Source of the DNA: an uncultured Verrucomicrobiae bacterium
Lineage (GTDB): Bacteria > Verrucomicrobiota > Verrucomicrobiia > Chthoniobacterales > UBA10450
Direction of reading: 5' to 3'
Length of the DNA: 64,000 nt
NCBI GenBank assembly: GCA_963801815.1
Contig: CAWDGJ010000002.1
Coordinates: forward strand, 96,001 to 160,000
Within the stretch, counting starts at the first letter, position 1. Each line of letters starts with the position of its first letter. The notes under the pieces are model-generated. The model had not been told where the DNA came from, made no database searches, and saw only the letters and a program-made list of their open reading frames with translations. Positions 8,456 through 19,684 of the stretch are shown here, one piece after another. Made by a program: the position numbers and the translations under genes.

Positions 8456-9717
8456 TAATTCTGTTTCGCAAGATCGGCAACCAAGCTCTCAATTATTCGC
8501 AATCCTTGTTCCGCTTCGTCGCGCGAAAGATTTAACGCTGGTAGTAATCGGGTAACCGACGTTCCGGCAGGTACGGTCAGCAAGTTACGTTTGTGCAACT
8601 CCTTCACGATGTCGACCGCTTTGAACTGCGGCTGAAACTCGATTCCGATCATAAACCCAAAACCGCGTGCGACATTAATCACGTTCGGAAATCGTTCCTG
8701 AAGTTTTTGCAGTCCGCGTAAAAGGAATTCGCCCGTCTTACGCGCGTTGACGGCCAGATTCTCCCGCTCGATGACGTCAAAAATCTTCAAGGCAACTGCG
8801 CAGGCCAGCGGCGTTCCACCAAACGTGCTCGCATGCGTTCCCGGACCGAGCGCGTTCGCGAATTTCTCGCGCACCCAAAACGCGCCCATCGGAAATCCAC
8901 CGCCCAACGACTTCGCCATTGAAATCCCGTCTGGCAGGAAATCGACATTGTTGTTCTCCAAAACCCGCTGCCAGCTTTGAAATGTTCCTGTGCGAAAATG
9001 ACCCGCCTGCACTTCGTCGAACAGCAATAGCAAATTGTGCTCGTCGCAAAGACGGCGCAGACCGATCAGATACTCCGGGTTCGCGATCGTGACTCCGCTC
9101 TCGCCTTGCACTGGTTCGACCAAAATTGCCGCAGTCGATTTCGTGATTGCTCTTCGCATTGGGTCGAGATCGTTGAACGGAACCTGACCAAATCCTTCGA
9201 CTTCGGGCGCGAACCCCTTCTTCACTTTTTCCTGCCCAGTCGCTGCGATTCCCGCCAGCGTCCGTCCATGAAACGAATCGATCGTCGTAATGATTTCGTA
9301 CCGGCCGGTGTCGTGTCCAAATTTTCGCGCCAGCTTGAACAGCCCTTCGTTGGCCTCGGCGCCACTATTGCAAAAGAAAACTCGCCCGGGCGCGATATGG
9401 TCGACAATCCGTTTGGCCAGCCGCCCCTGCGGCTCGGTATAATAGAGATTGGAGACGTGAATCAACTTCCGGGACTGCTCCGCCAGCACTTTCGTGATCT
9501 CCGGGTGAGCGTGGCCTAACGAGCAGACTGCGATCCCGCCGGCCAAATCGAGGTAACGCTTTCCGTCAACGTCCCAAACGTAGCTCCCGTCGCCGCGCTC
9601 CAGCACGAGATCGAACCGCGAGTAGGAAGGAATAACAAACTGGTCGAACAACTCGTGGATGCGTTTCGTTTCGTTCTGGACGATCGCGGAAGACGGCGTC
9701 GGAAGAACTTCTTTCAC
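8455..9717 (-). CDS. argD: Acetylornithine aminotransferase
   Basis: YLDLAGGIAV, NSGAEANE, SFHGRT, EPVQGE, DEVQ, MAKSLGGG (PLP lysine), HASTFGG. Confidence 0.95.
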   Translation of the reverse strand: MKEVLPTPSSAIVQNETKRIHELFDQFVIPSYSRFDLVLERGDGSYVWDVDGKRYLDLAGGIAVCSLGHAHPEITKVLAEQSRKLIHVSNLYYTEPQGRLAKRIVDHIAPGRVFFCNSGAEANEGLFKLARKFGHDTGRYEIITTIDSFHGRTLAGIAATGQEKVKKGFAPEVEGFGQVPFNDLDPMRRAITKSTAAILVEPVQGESGVTIANPEYLIGLRRLCDEHNLLLLFDEVQAGHFRTGTFQSWQRVLENNNVDFLPDGISMAKSLGGGFPMGAFWVREKFANALGPGTHASTFGGTPLACAVALKIFDVIERENLAVNARKTGEFLLRGLQKLQERFPNVINVARGFGFMIGIEFQPQFKAVDIVKELHKRNLLTVPAGTSVTRLLPALNLSRDEAEQGLRIIESLVADLAKQN

Positions 9718-10589
9718 AACACCACCTCGGTTCCAACGCCTGCGTCGGTGAAGATTTCGAGCAACACGGAATGCGGAATTCGGCCATCAACGAACTGCAC
9801 TTTTTCCACGCCGCTTTCGATCGCCGCCACTGCACTGTCGACTTTTGGAATCATCCCTTCGCCAATCACGCCTTTCTTTCGCCACTTGGGAACTTCATTC
9901 ACGGCCAAATGACTCAACAGACTCGAGCTTTTCTTTGGATTGCGAAGCAAACCGGGTACATCGCTCATAAAAACGAGACGGCGCGCTTTTAATGCGATCG
10001 CTGTCTTCGCCGCCGCAATGTCGGCATTGCAATTGTAAATTTTTCCGTCGTCACCTCGTGCCGTCGGACTAATGACAGGGGTAACGCTGCGCCGAATACA
10101 TTCGCGCAACGGTTCGATATTGACGTCGCAAACTTCCCCAACGAATCCAAGATCGACATCCGCGCCGGTTTCATCCCTGGTCGAGAATTTCCGGCACCGG
10201 AAAATATCCGGACCCGCGAAACCTCGCGCCTTGCCGCCGAAATCTTCGATCGACTTCACGATTTCCGGATTGATCTCGCGCGATAACACCCGGTCGACAA
10301 TCTCGGCGCCCTCCGCGCTGGTCACGCGATAACCGCGCACAAACTCGGACTTGAGCTTCGCTTTCTCGAGCGCGCGCGTGATGGCCTTCCCGCCGCCGTG
10401 GACAACGACCGGATTAATCCCCACGGCTTCAAGAAAAACGATGTCCCGCGCGACTCGATGTCGCTCTTCAGGATCGGGCGAATCCATGAAGCTGCCGCCA
10501 TATTTCACGACGAAGATCTGGCTGCGGAACCTTTGAATGTAGGGCAGCGCTTCGAGCAGCGTCGCCGCTTTCGAAATAAACCTTTTCAT
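9714..10589 (-). CDS. argB: Acetylglutamate kinase
   Basis: EALPYI, VVKYGG, VHGGGK, NADIAA, GMIPKV, LLEIFTDAGVGT. Confidence 0.96.
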   Translation of the reverse strand: MKRFISKAATLLEALPYIQRFRSQIFVVKYGGSFMDSPDPEERHRVARDIVFLEAVGINPVVVHGGGKAITRALEKAKLKSEFVRGYRVTSAEGAEIVDRVLSREINPEIVKSIEDFGGKARGFAGPDIFRCRKFSTRDETGADVDLGFVGEVCDVNIEPLRECIRRSVTPVISPTARGDDGKIYNCNADIAAAKTAIALKARRLVFMSDVPGLLRNPKKSSSLLSHLAVNEVPKWRKKGVIGEGMIPKVDSAVAAIESGVEKVQFVDGRIPHSVLLEIFTDAGVGTEVVL

Positions 10590-11922
10590 CAACCACCGAG
10601 CGTCGTTGGATCGGTCACGTCGCCTTTGTTGAACGCAACGTAATCTTCAGTCAGATCGGCGGCGTAAAGCATGAACTCGCCGCGACCACCGTGAAGATCG
10701 ACATGCAGATCGAACTCCGGTTCTGAGGTAATCCTGGCCAATTTTTTCAAGGCGACATTTGTCGGACGCCCGTGCCGAAATGCAAAAAGAATTTTGCGAC
10801 CATCTGTCGGAGCATAACCGACATCAACGAGTGCTTCGTCGAATTTTGCTTTCGAGTAGCCAAGCGCGCACAAAATTCGGCCCCAGTTCGGGTCGCCACC
10901 GCACCAGCTCGCCCGAACAAGCGAGCTATTTGCAATCACCCGCGCCGCGATCTCCGCTTCGCGATCGTTTCGCGCACCCCGAACGTGCAATGCAACCACC
11001 CGCGACGTCCCCTCGCCATCACGCACAATCATTTTCGCCAGTTCAAGACAAACAAAATTCAGTGCGTTTTGGAAAATTCGACATTGTTTACGGATTTCGA
11101 GTTTCGAGTTTCGGATTTCCAGCGAGTCCGTTTGCCAGCGCGATGACCTGAATCGTTCGTGCTCATGTCGCCGTCGACGGTGATTCGGTTAAAACTTTGT
11201 CCGACGGCAATTTTCAACGCGCGTTTGAGCGCGGCCGATCCAATCGCCGCATCGGTGGTGATGAAAGCGAGCATCGTCGCCATCCCGGGCTGAATCATGC
11301 CTGCACCTTTGCAGATCCCGCCGATCCGAACGGCCGATGTTCCGATTTTGATTTCGACTGCGATCTCCTTGCGGCAAGTGTCGGTGGTCATAATTGCCTC
11401 TGCCACCTCTCGCGCCTTCGACGTTGACCTTTCCCCGAGCGGTCCGCACACACGGATTCCGCGTTCGACATTCCTCATCGGCATTGGCACGCCGATTCGT
11501 CCGGTGGAGCAGACAAGGACGTCTTCTGCTCTTATCCCTGGCACAGGCAAACTTGACGGCTTTAAGCCGTCAAGTTTTTCCAACACAGATGCGGTCATCC
11601 GCGCCATGGCTTCAGCATCGCGCATTCCCTGTATGCCGGTCGCCGCGTTCGCGTTGCCGGAATTCACAACGATTGCGCGCGCAAGTTTTCCTGCCGAACG
11701 CTGGCGACTGACTTTCACCGGCGCGGCGCAAACTTGATTGGTGGTAAACATCCCCGCGACTGCCGCCGGAACATCTGACACAATCAACGCGAGATCGTTT
11801 TTGCGACCTTTCTCCGAGCCTTTGCCGGTGCCGAGTTTCTTGATGTCGCAAAAGACGGCGGCGCATTTGAAACCGAGCGGCGCGCAAATCGAGCCGGGAA
11901 TTTTCTTTAATCTGGGTTTCAT
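10589..11922 (-). CDS. argJ: Bifunctional ornithine acetyltransferase (frameshifted near 11060-11150)
   Basis: NSGNANAATG, STGRIG, IMTTD, KGAGMIQPGMATML, ITVDGDMSTND, DGEG, DPNWGRI. Confidence 0.93.
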
Positions 11923-11926
11923 GGTC

Positions 11927-12040
11927 GGGGAGCACACTCGCCTCGGGTGTCGGTGATCGCGCCCTCGCGGTCGCGACCTTTTCCCCACATCAATTTCGGC
12001 GAGGCGCCGAAATTAACACGCGATGGCGCGTGTGCTCCCC
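11927..12040. repeat. 114 bp multi-hairpin palindromic element (REP/MITE-like)
   Basis: Ends GGGGAGCACAC / GTGTGCTCCCC; internal hairpins AATTTCGGCGAGGCGCCGAAATT and ACACGCGATGGCGCGTGT; lies in the argC-argJ spacer. Confidence 0.8.
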
Positions 12041-12052
12041 AGATTACCGCAC

Positions 12053-13106
12053 TCACAATAAGCCCGTTTGTTCGGGCAGACCGAGCATGAGATTCATACA
12101 TTGAACCGCCTGACCGCTCGCGCCTTTAACGATGTTGTCGATCGCGCTCATCAGCACGAGACGATTGGTGCGCTTGTCGATCTTCCAGGCGATGTCGATG
12201 AAGTTTGTGCCGACGACATGCTTCGTGTCAGGCAAACGCGTTTCGTCGAGCAGGCGCACGAATGGTTCCTCGCCGTAGGCGCCACTAAAAATGATCGCTG
12301 GATCAATGTTCACGACGTTGCTTGCGATGTTGGCATAAATCGTCGTGACGATCCCGCGATTCACGGGCACCAGGTGCGGAGTAAATTGAATGACCATTTG
12401 TTCTCCCGCCAGAATCGACAATTCCTGCTCGATCTCCGAAAGATGGCGATGTTTCGGAACGCCGTAGGGCCGCACGCTTTCGTTGCATTCCACGAATAGA
12501 TAATCCGCCTCAACTTTGCGACCGGCGCCAGTCACCCCGCTCATACTCGCGACCAGGATTGTTTGTCGATCGATCGCTTTCCGGCGAATCAACGGCCGAA
12601 GGGGAATGAGAATGCTCGTTGGATAACAACCAGGACACGCTACCAGCTGCGCGTCTCGAATCTGGTCGCGATAAATTTCCGGCAACCCGTAAACTGATTG
12701 GCCTAACAAGTCTGGCGCGAGATGATCGTGTCCGTAGAATTCGCGGTAAACGTTGGCGTCCTTGATTCGAAAATCCGCGCTGAGATCGAGCACGCGCGCG
12801 CCTGCCGACAACAGTGGCTTCGCAAATTCCGCGGCAAGTCCATGCGGCAGCGCGAGGAAAACAATTTTGGCGACGCTCGCAAGTGTACTCTGCGTCCGCG
12901 CTGCAAAACTTCAGCGCGGTCGCTTTTTTATCGTGAGCGAAACGCGGAAAAACTTCGGCCAGTGATTTGCCCGCCAGCTGCCGCGAAGTGGCCGCGACTA
13001 GATCGACGCCAGGATGCGCCAGCAAAAGACGGACAAGCTCTTCGCCGGTATAACCGGAAGCACCAACCACCGCGACTTTTGTCTTTATCGTTGCCACAAC
13101 GCGCAA
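12053..13106 (-). CDS. argC: N-acetyl-gamma-glutamyl-phosphate reductase (one frameshift near 12880)
   Basis: [50 protein letters not shown]. Confidence 0.94.
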
Positions 13107-13194
13107 TGCGTATTCCGTCTCGCGCCGATTGCAACGAAAAGCTGTGCCAAACTCAACGTTGCGCTTCGCACAATAGAGCGACTAAAGTCCTGGC

Positions 13195-14214
13195 ATGGAG
13201 TCTCCTTTTGTTGTGATCGGCTTTGTAATCGCGGCCATCTTTGTTTTCGTTTTCGCAATCATCCTTTTCAATTTTTTCGGAATCTGGCTGCGCGCGCGCA
13301 TCGCTAACGCACCGGTTGCCATGGGAAAAATGATCGGGATGCGCCTGCGGCGCGTGCCGGTCGGATTGATTGTGGATAATCGAATCACCGCGGTGAAAGC
13401 GGGCATCGAAGTTGCAAGCGATCCGTTGGAAGCGCATTACCTCGCCGGCGGCGACGTTACTCAGGTGATTCTCGCACTAATCGCCGCCGACAAAGCCGGC
13501 ATCTCACTCGATTTCAATCGCGCCTGCGCGATCGATTTGGCGACCAAGGGAACCGGAAAGACCGTGCTCGAGGCCGTGCGTACAAGCATCAATCCGAAAG
13601 TGATCGACGTGCCCAATCCGTCGATGGGCCGGACGACCATCGACGGCGTGGCCAAGGACGGGATCGGCGCGAAAGTGAAAGCACGCGTCACGGTGCGCTC
13701 GCATCTGGATCGATTCGTCGGCGGCGCGACCGAGGAGACAATTATCGCGCGCGTCGGCGAAGGTATTGTCAGCGCGATCGGTTCGGCCGATTCCTACAAG
13801 GACGTGCTGGAAAATCCCGACCGCATTTCCAAGGCGGTGCTGGCGAAGGGACTCGATAGCAACACCGCGTTCGAAATTCTTTCGATCGACATCGCCGATG
13901 TCGATGTGGGCGACAATATCGGTGCGAAATTGCAAAGCGAACAAGCGGATGCCGACAAGCGTATTGCCCAGGCGAAAGCGGAGGTGCGCCGCGCCGCTGC
14001 GGTGGCGGTGGAGCAGGAAATGAAAGCCAAGACGCAGGAGATGCGCGCGAAAGTTGTGGAAGCAGAAGCCCAGGTGCCATTGGCAATGGCGGAAGCGTTC
14101 CGCGCGGGCCACCTCGGCATCATGGATTATTACCGGATGAAAAACGTGCAGGCCGACACGTCGATGCGTGAGTCGATCGCCGGCTCGGACAAACCGCGCA
14201 CCGAAGCAAGCTAG
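13195..14214 (+). CDS. floA: Flotillin-like protein FloA (YqfA family)
   Basis: [58 protein letters not shown]. Confidence 0.92.
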   Translation: MESPFVVIGFVIAAIFVFVFAIILFNFFGIWLRARIANAPVAMGKMIGMRLRRVPVGLIVDNRITAVKAGIEVASDPLEAHYLAGGDVTQVILALIAADKAGISLDFNRACAIDLATKGTGKTVLEAVRTSINPKVIDVPNPSMGRTTIDGVAKDGIGAKVKARVTVRSHLDRFVGGATEETIIARVGEGIVSAIGSADSYKDVLENPDRISKAVLAKGLDSNTAFEILSIDIADVDVGDNIGAKLQSEQADADKRIAQAKAEVRRAAAVAVEQEMKAKTQEMRAKVVEAEAQVPLAMAEAFRAGHLGIMDYYRMKNVQADTSMRESIAGSDKPRTEAS

Positions 14215-14249
14215 AAAATTTGCGAAGTAGAAATTAGAAAGTAAAGAAG

Positions 14250-14921
14250 GTGTTCGCCGCCGCCCATCTCGACAATTTTCTTTTCCTGCTGTTTATCGCG
14301 GTCGCGATTTTCTTTCAGCTGCTGACACGGGCGGCCAAAACCGGCAGACGAACTCGGAGAGATGTACCGCGGGCGCGGGAAGGATCAGCCTCCTCGCCGC
14401 AAACTCCGCGACCGACAACGGCTGAAACAGAACAGACCGACGAAGATCGTATTCGAAAGTTTTTGGAAGCGCTTGGTCAGCCGACAACATCAAAACCGCC
14501 GCCGCCGGTTGTCCCGCGACCAACTTATCAGCGGCCGGTAGTATTGCCGCGCGTCCCGTCGCCGATGAAGTCGCCGCTGCCGCCATTAAAGGCACGTCCA
14601 CCGGAGCTGCCGCCCGAAGTACGAGTTCCGAGTCAACCGGCGCCGGCGCAGCAGCGAAAAGTCTTCCCGCCAACCAGCGAGGTCCCAACATTTGAAGTTC
14701 AAGAAGGGTCGCCGCCGCCACTCATGCCGATCAGCGAATCTGAAGGGACGGCAGCGTTTCAACCGGTGACCCCAGCCCCCATTTCCAAACGGACCGAACC
14801 GAAAATCGATCTCAGCTCGATGCTAAAATCGCCATCTGGTTTGCGGGATGCGATCATCTTGCGGGAAGTCTTTGGGCCGCCGCGCAGCATGCAGCCGCTG
14901 GATCTCGTCGGAAACGTTTGA
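14250..14921 (+). CDS. Proline-rich single-TM protein (YqfB-like partner of FloA)
   Basis: N-terminal TM segment, Pro-rich middle, C-terminal LRDAIILREVFGPP motif. Confidence 0.7.
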   Translation: MFAAAHLDNFLFLLFIAVAIFFQLLTRAAKTGRRTRRDVPRAREGSASSPQTPRPTTAETEQTDEDRIRKFLEALGQPTTSKPPPPVVPRPTYQRPVVLPRVPSPMKSPLPPLKARPPELPPEVRVPSQPAPAQQRKVFPPTSEVPTFEVQEGSPPPLMPISESEGTAAFQPVTPAPISKRTEPKIDLSSMLKSPSGLRDAIILREVFGPPRSMQPLDLVGNV

Positions 14922-14959
14922 GCTTCGGCCCGAAACTCGTATTCTCGGTTTCCCGACAC

Positions 14960-15042
14960 GCCGGCGTGGCGGAATGGCAGACGCGCTGGACTCAAAATCC
15001 AGTACTGGCAACAGTGTGTGGGTTCAAGTCCCTCCGCCGGCA
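14960..15042 (+). tRNA. tRNA-Leu(CAA), CCA not encoded
   Basis: Acceptor stem GCCGGCG/CGCCGGC, anticodon arm CTGGA-CTCAAAA-TCCAG, long variable arm, GGTTCAAGTCC. Confidence 0.95.
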
Positions 15043-15101
15043 GATCTTCCACCTGTTGGATCGTATTTTACAATTGCCGCTCGCGGTCCTATTTTCCAGG
15101 C

Positions 15102-15632
15102 ATGAAAACGCTAATCCGTGTTTTGGCAGTTGTTTCGATTTCTGGGCTGCTGTCAGTGTCGGCGCGGGCTGACGCCGTCGCCACTTTGAGCGGCGTTGTT
15201 AGAGACGCCAAAGGGGCACCGCTTCGTGGCGCGGAAATTCGTATCGTCGGAAGTGACGCCAGCAAAGTCGGCAGAATCCACACCAATGCCGCGGGCCGCT
15301 ACAATTACGCCGGGCTGGAGACCGGCACCTACAGCGTGACGCTGATTGTCGACGGAGTTACCAAGGCGTCGATCAACAATGTGAGCACAAAGTCGGGTGA
15401 AGTGCAGACGCTGAACTTCGACCTTCAAGGCAACGCGACGGCGAGACCGTTCGCTAAAGGCAAACATTACGTATGGGTCCCGCTGCAGACCGGCAGTCAT
15501 CTCGGCACGTGGGCCGAAGTCGAGAATGACGGCCAAACGATGCCGTCGGGGATGTTGGAGCGCGTGAACAATCAAGGCAATGCGTTTATCCGGAAAATTG
15601 AGAGCACCGGAAATGGAGTGATTGGGCACTAA
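15102..15632 (+). CDS. Secreted carboxypeptidase-regulatory-like (transthyretin-like Ig) domain protein
   Basis: Signal peptide, then LSGVVRDAKGAPLRGAEI...TNAAGRYNYAGLETGTYSV. Confidence 0.8.
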   Translation: MKTLIRVLAVVSISGLLSVSARADAVATLSGVVRDAKGAPLRGAEIRIVGSDASKVGRIHTNAAGRYNYAGLETGTYSVTLIVDGVTKASINNVSTKSGEVQTLNFDLQGNATARPFAKGKHYVWVPLQTGSHLGTWAEVENDGQTMPSGMLERVNNQGNAFIRKIESTGNGVIGH

Positions 15633-15721
15633 GACGTCGCCAGAATTTTTCCAGAAATTGTCCGGTAACGTCCGGTACCTACTTGTGCGGACGGATCACT
15701 TACGCTATTCTTTCAAACTCT

Positions 15722-16277
15722 ATGACTATCAAATCGCTCCACCTCTGTTTTGTCACTCTGCTTGTTTCTGCCGTGGCGACATGGGCTTCTGACCCTGTTG
15801 GTCCGGCTAGAATTCAAGGCATCGTCACGGATTCCAAGCGCCAAACCGGTCGCGGGCGCTGAAGTGCATATCAAAGCGAAGGACGGCAGCGGCCTTCAAA
15901 AGATTGTCCTAACCGATTCGGATGGCCATTACGGCGTGAGCAAGCTGCCGGTCACGGATTATGAAGTCGTTCTTTTTGTGAATCGCCAGATCAAAGCCTC
16001 GATCAACAACACCAAGGTATCTGCAGCTAAACCAACTCAATTGGACTTCAAGTTGACCGGCAGAATCGCGGCTAATACGCCGCAAAAGAAACATACCCAC
16101 ATGGTTTACGTCCCGGCAGAAACGGGCAGCAATTTGAATGGCCACTGGGTTGAAGTGGACGACACTACCGGCAGTAGCGCGGCTGCGACCGCTGGAAATA
16201 ACCTTGATCACGCCAGCGGTGCAGCGCTTCGGCAGATGACCGGTTCGCAGGGGGGAGTCGGCAACGGCGGACACTAA
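15722..16277 (+). CDS. Paralogous carboxypeptidase-regulatory-like domain protein (frameshift near 15838)
   Basis: MTIKSLHLCFVTLLVSAVATWA...IQGIVTDS in one frame; KPVAGAEV...TDSDGHYGVSKLPVTDYEV in the next. Confidence 0.75.
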
Positions 16278-16296
16278 TTCTAGCATTAATAACTTT

Positions 16297-16330
16297 AAAA
16301 CGCGCGGCGGAAACGCCGCGCGTTTTTTTT
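16297..16330. terminator. Rho-independent terminator, probably bidirectional
   Basis: AAAA-CGCGCGGCG-GAAA-CGCCGCGCG-T8 between convergent genes. Confidence 0.9.
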
Positions 16331-16386
16331 GCCTTCACAAGGCACGACACCATTCGTTAGGCGAACCTAAGGCGTTACGCTCTGTT

Positions 16387-17853
16387 TTAAGATGTGATGT
16401 AGCCCTCTTCGCCGTGCTCGTTGATGTCGAGCCCTTGTCGCTCAATCTCCGCGGCGATTCGCAATCCGAGCACCGTTTTAACAATAAGGCCGATGATCGA
16501 ACTCGCCACGACTGCGAGAAAAATTGTGATTGCGATCGCTTTGAGTTGCTCGAGCCAGAGTGCGTGGCTGAGAATTCCGGCCAGGCCATTTTGCGTTGCG
16601 GCCGGCCCGCTCAAGTTTCCATTCACCGTCGCAGTAGCGAGAACTCCCGTTAGAAAAGCGCCCAGCGTGCCGCCGACGGCGTGCACGCCAAAGGTGTCGA
16701 GCGCGTCGTCGTAGTGAAACCACGATTTCAACTTCGTGCAGGCAAAGAACGGCACGATGCCCGCGGCGACGCCGATAATGCACCGCGCCGGTCGGCATCG
16801 ACAAAACCGCACGCCGGCGTGATCACGACCAGTCCGGCGACCGCGCCGGAACAGAATCCGAGCACGCTCGGCTTGCCGCGCAGACACATACTCGAGCATC
16901 GCCCAGGTGAACGACGCGACCGCGGTCGCGAGCGTCGTGGTCGTGAAGGCGTTGGCCGCGATGCCATCCGCGGCGACCGCGCTGCCGGCATTGAATCCGT
17001 ACCAGCCGACCCACAGCATCCCGGTGCCGACCATGCAAAGCACCATGCTGTGCGGCGCCATGATTTCTTTCCGAAAGCCGAGCCGCTGGCCGAGCAACAC
17101 GCACAGCACCAGCGCCGACCAGCCGGACGACATGTGGACGACGGTGCCGCCGGCGAAATCGATGGCCTTGATTGTCGCGCTCAGGGTTCCACACGCCGTT
17201 CATCAAGCCGTCGATGCCCCAGACCATGTGCGCGAGCGGGAAGTAGACGACGAACATCCAGATCGCGACGAACACGAGGACCGCCGCGAACTTCATTCGC
17301 TCGGCGATCGCGCCGATGATCAGCGCCGGCGTGATGATCGCGAACATCAGCTGGTACATCGCGAAGACGTTCTGCGAGACCCAGTAGGAGTAGTCGCCGT
17401 TCGGCTGGGCATCGACTCCGCGAAGAAACGCGAACTTGCAATCCGCCGATGAATGGCGAGCCGCGCGCGAACACGAGCAGTAGCCGACCGCCCACCAGAG
17501 AATCGTGACCAGCCCGGCAATGCCGAGACATTGCGCCAGGACCGACAGCACGTTCTTTCGCCGCACCAGGCCGCCGTAGAACAGCGCCAGCCCGGGCAGC
17601 GTCATGAACAGCACCAGCGCCGACGCGGTCATCATCCAGGCGTTGTGGCCGGGACCGGGGCCGGAAATGTTCGAGCTGCTCTTCGCATTCGCCGCGTCCG
17701 AGCCGCGCGCGGCGTTGTTCACGTACGCTTCCAGATCGGCGACGCGTTGTTCGAGCGAGGGCGATGACGCCGGAGCGGCGGAAGGTAGTTGCGCATGTTA
17801 CGCACGGCGCGCGCGAATACAAGCGCACCGAAAATAAAAACGCGAATGATCAT
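16387..17853 (-). CDS. amtB: Ammonium transporter (several frameshifts)
   Basis: ALVLFMTLPGLALFYGG, YQLMFAIITPAL, AHMVWG, LWVGWYGFNAGS, DDALDTFGVH, GLDINEHGEEGY. Confidence 0.93.
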
Positions 17854-17906
17854 GTCGATCTTGACGGCCAGCGTAAATAGAGCCGCTGCGCTCGAAGATC
17901 GACAAG

Positions 17907-17960
17907 GAAAACTCCGCCGAGCGTTCTGGCGGAAAACCGGGCTAAGGCGCTCGGCGGAGT
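17907..17960 (-). terminator. Probable terminator after the PDZ gene
   Basis: 13 bp perfect inverted repeat ACTCCGCCGAGCG / CGCTCGGCGGAGT followed by a T run on the minus strand. Confidence 0.6.
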
Positions 17961-17998
17961 CTCTCTGCCTCAAACACTAAATCTTGACGAACGTGTAA

Positions 17999-19160
17999 TT
18001 AACCAGTGCTGACCGGACGGCTTGAAGTCGAAATCTGATTCATCGATTGGATGTCGGCATCGTCATTATCCTCATCGTCGGAATCGTTGTCGTTATCCAT
18101 TTCGGATTGGTGCTCCGAAATCACTGCCGGCAGATCGTTGGTCTGTAGTTTCTCGTAACGCTGCCTCACGTCGGCCGGAACTTTATCGAGGTCTTCTTTC
18201 GTTTCGACCGGACCGCTGAATTGCAGCAGTCCTTTCGGATCTTTGGCAGTTAGCACTTTCTTGCCGTCGATCTTCTCCACGCGCAGTTCTCCTTTGTCGT
18301 CCGAATAAACAATCTGGGCTTTACCGATGTCGATCTTGGTCGCTGCTCAAGCCGCCATCCTGTCTTTGGGTAACATTGATTCCGGCCGCGCGACGAGCTT
18401 CATCACGCGCGCGTCGGGCCTCGTCGCGAACACGCTGCGCTTGGTCGCGCATCTGCTGAGTCATGTCGCGTTGATGCTGCGCCATGTCGCGACGCTGCTG
18501 GGCTTCTTCGATCGCGCGCTGCGCTTCGTCCTGTGCGGACATCACGGCGTCGTGAATGATTCCCTGGTTCTGGTCGCCGAGCTGTTCCTTGAGCTCGTCC
18601 AGCTGCTCCTTCAGATCCTCCATGCCGAAATTGCTCCAATCATGCCCGTTAAAGTTGAAATTGAAATTCGGATGATGTCCTCGCCACATATCGGAACGCT
18701 CCGAAACTTCCTTCTTCGATAATTTCACGCCGATCTTTTCCTCCTTGCCTTTGCGCAAGACAGTCAGGGTGACGGTTGTGCCTTCTGAAAAACTCCGAAC
18801 CAGTTTCGAAAGCTGGTCCGGCTCGGTCAGAATCTGATCGTTCAGCATTCTTAGAATGTCGTTCTGCTGAACGCCGGCCGCGGCGGCCGGACCGTCCGGA
18901 ACAACATAATCCACAACCAGACCGAAACCTCTCGGCAAGCCGAGTTGTTCGCTGACAACTCGCGGCACGTCGGAAGTTTCGACGCCGAGATAGGTGACCG
19001 GCACTTTCTTTTCCTTGTGGTCGCGATCATTGCCGGGACCAACCGGACCATTTGGCGGCGGCCCGGCGGCGGTGGTGGACTGCTGGATTCGGTTGAGTGA
19101 ATGCAGCAATCGGCAAGAGCACGATCGCGGCGACGTGGTTAGGATGGATTTTGTTTTCAT
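17999..19160 (-). CDS. Secreted PDZ-domain / coiled-coil protein (frameshifted)
   Basis: TYLGV...GLVVDYVVPDGPAAAAGVQQNDIL...VTLTVLRKG PDZ signature, coiled-coil stretch, acidic tail in ORF 17999-18280. Confidence 0.75.
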
Positions 19161-19684
19161 AGTTTTCGTGTGGCAAATTCATGTCCTGACACTGGGAGGA
19201 GTGAAACTTCCTCGCTGGGATAAGAAATTCGAAGCGATGCGCCGGTCTTTGGATTGCGCCACTGCAAGGTCTCTCGGGTTTGAGAACGAACGCGGCGCAT
19301 CGGCTGTTCTGAGTTACTCGGGAAATGCAGTCCTTCGTCCCGCGTGTGATAAACGACCTGGGTCAAGCCGGCGGGAACAAACTGCCCGCTTGGATTCGTG
19401 GAGTTGCCGGCAGGGCCGAACCTATCGATGCGATTGCTGGATGTTTTCTTCGCAGGCTGCTCGACATCGGATAACGCAAACATCACAAGCGCAGCCGCTG
19501 CGGCCAATCCAAGGCCGAGCGAAAGCCAGTTGAAATGAAATCGGCGTTGGCGCGGAAGCATGCCGGCGGTTGGCGTCGGATCTCGTTCAGCAAGCGCGTG
19601 TTCAATTCGCGTCACCAGATCCGCCGACGGTTGGGCCGGACGCAATTTGCGCAATTGATCTTCGAGTTCGGAAAAATCGTTCAT
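19157..19684 (-). CDS. Putative single-TM anti-sigma factor
   Basis: MNDFSELEDQLRKLRP...TM segment WLSLGLGLAAAAALVMF; ATGA overlap with the predicted sigma stop. Confidence 0.65.
   Translation of the reverse strand: MNDFSELEDQLRKLRPAQPSADLVTRIEHALAERDPTPTAGMLPRQRRFHFNWLSLGLGLAAAAALVMFALSDVEQPAKKTSSNRIDRFGPAGNSTNPSGQFVPAGLTQVVYHTRDEGLHFPSNSEQPMRRVRSQTRETLQWRNPKTGASLRISYPSEEVSLLPVSGHEFATRKL

Noticed and set aside
14960..16330. Genomic island integrated at tRNA-Leu(CAA) or tRNA-Leu(GAG)
   Set aside because: No integrase and no duplicated tRNA 3' end was found in the window.
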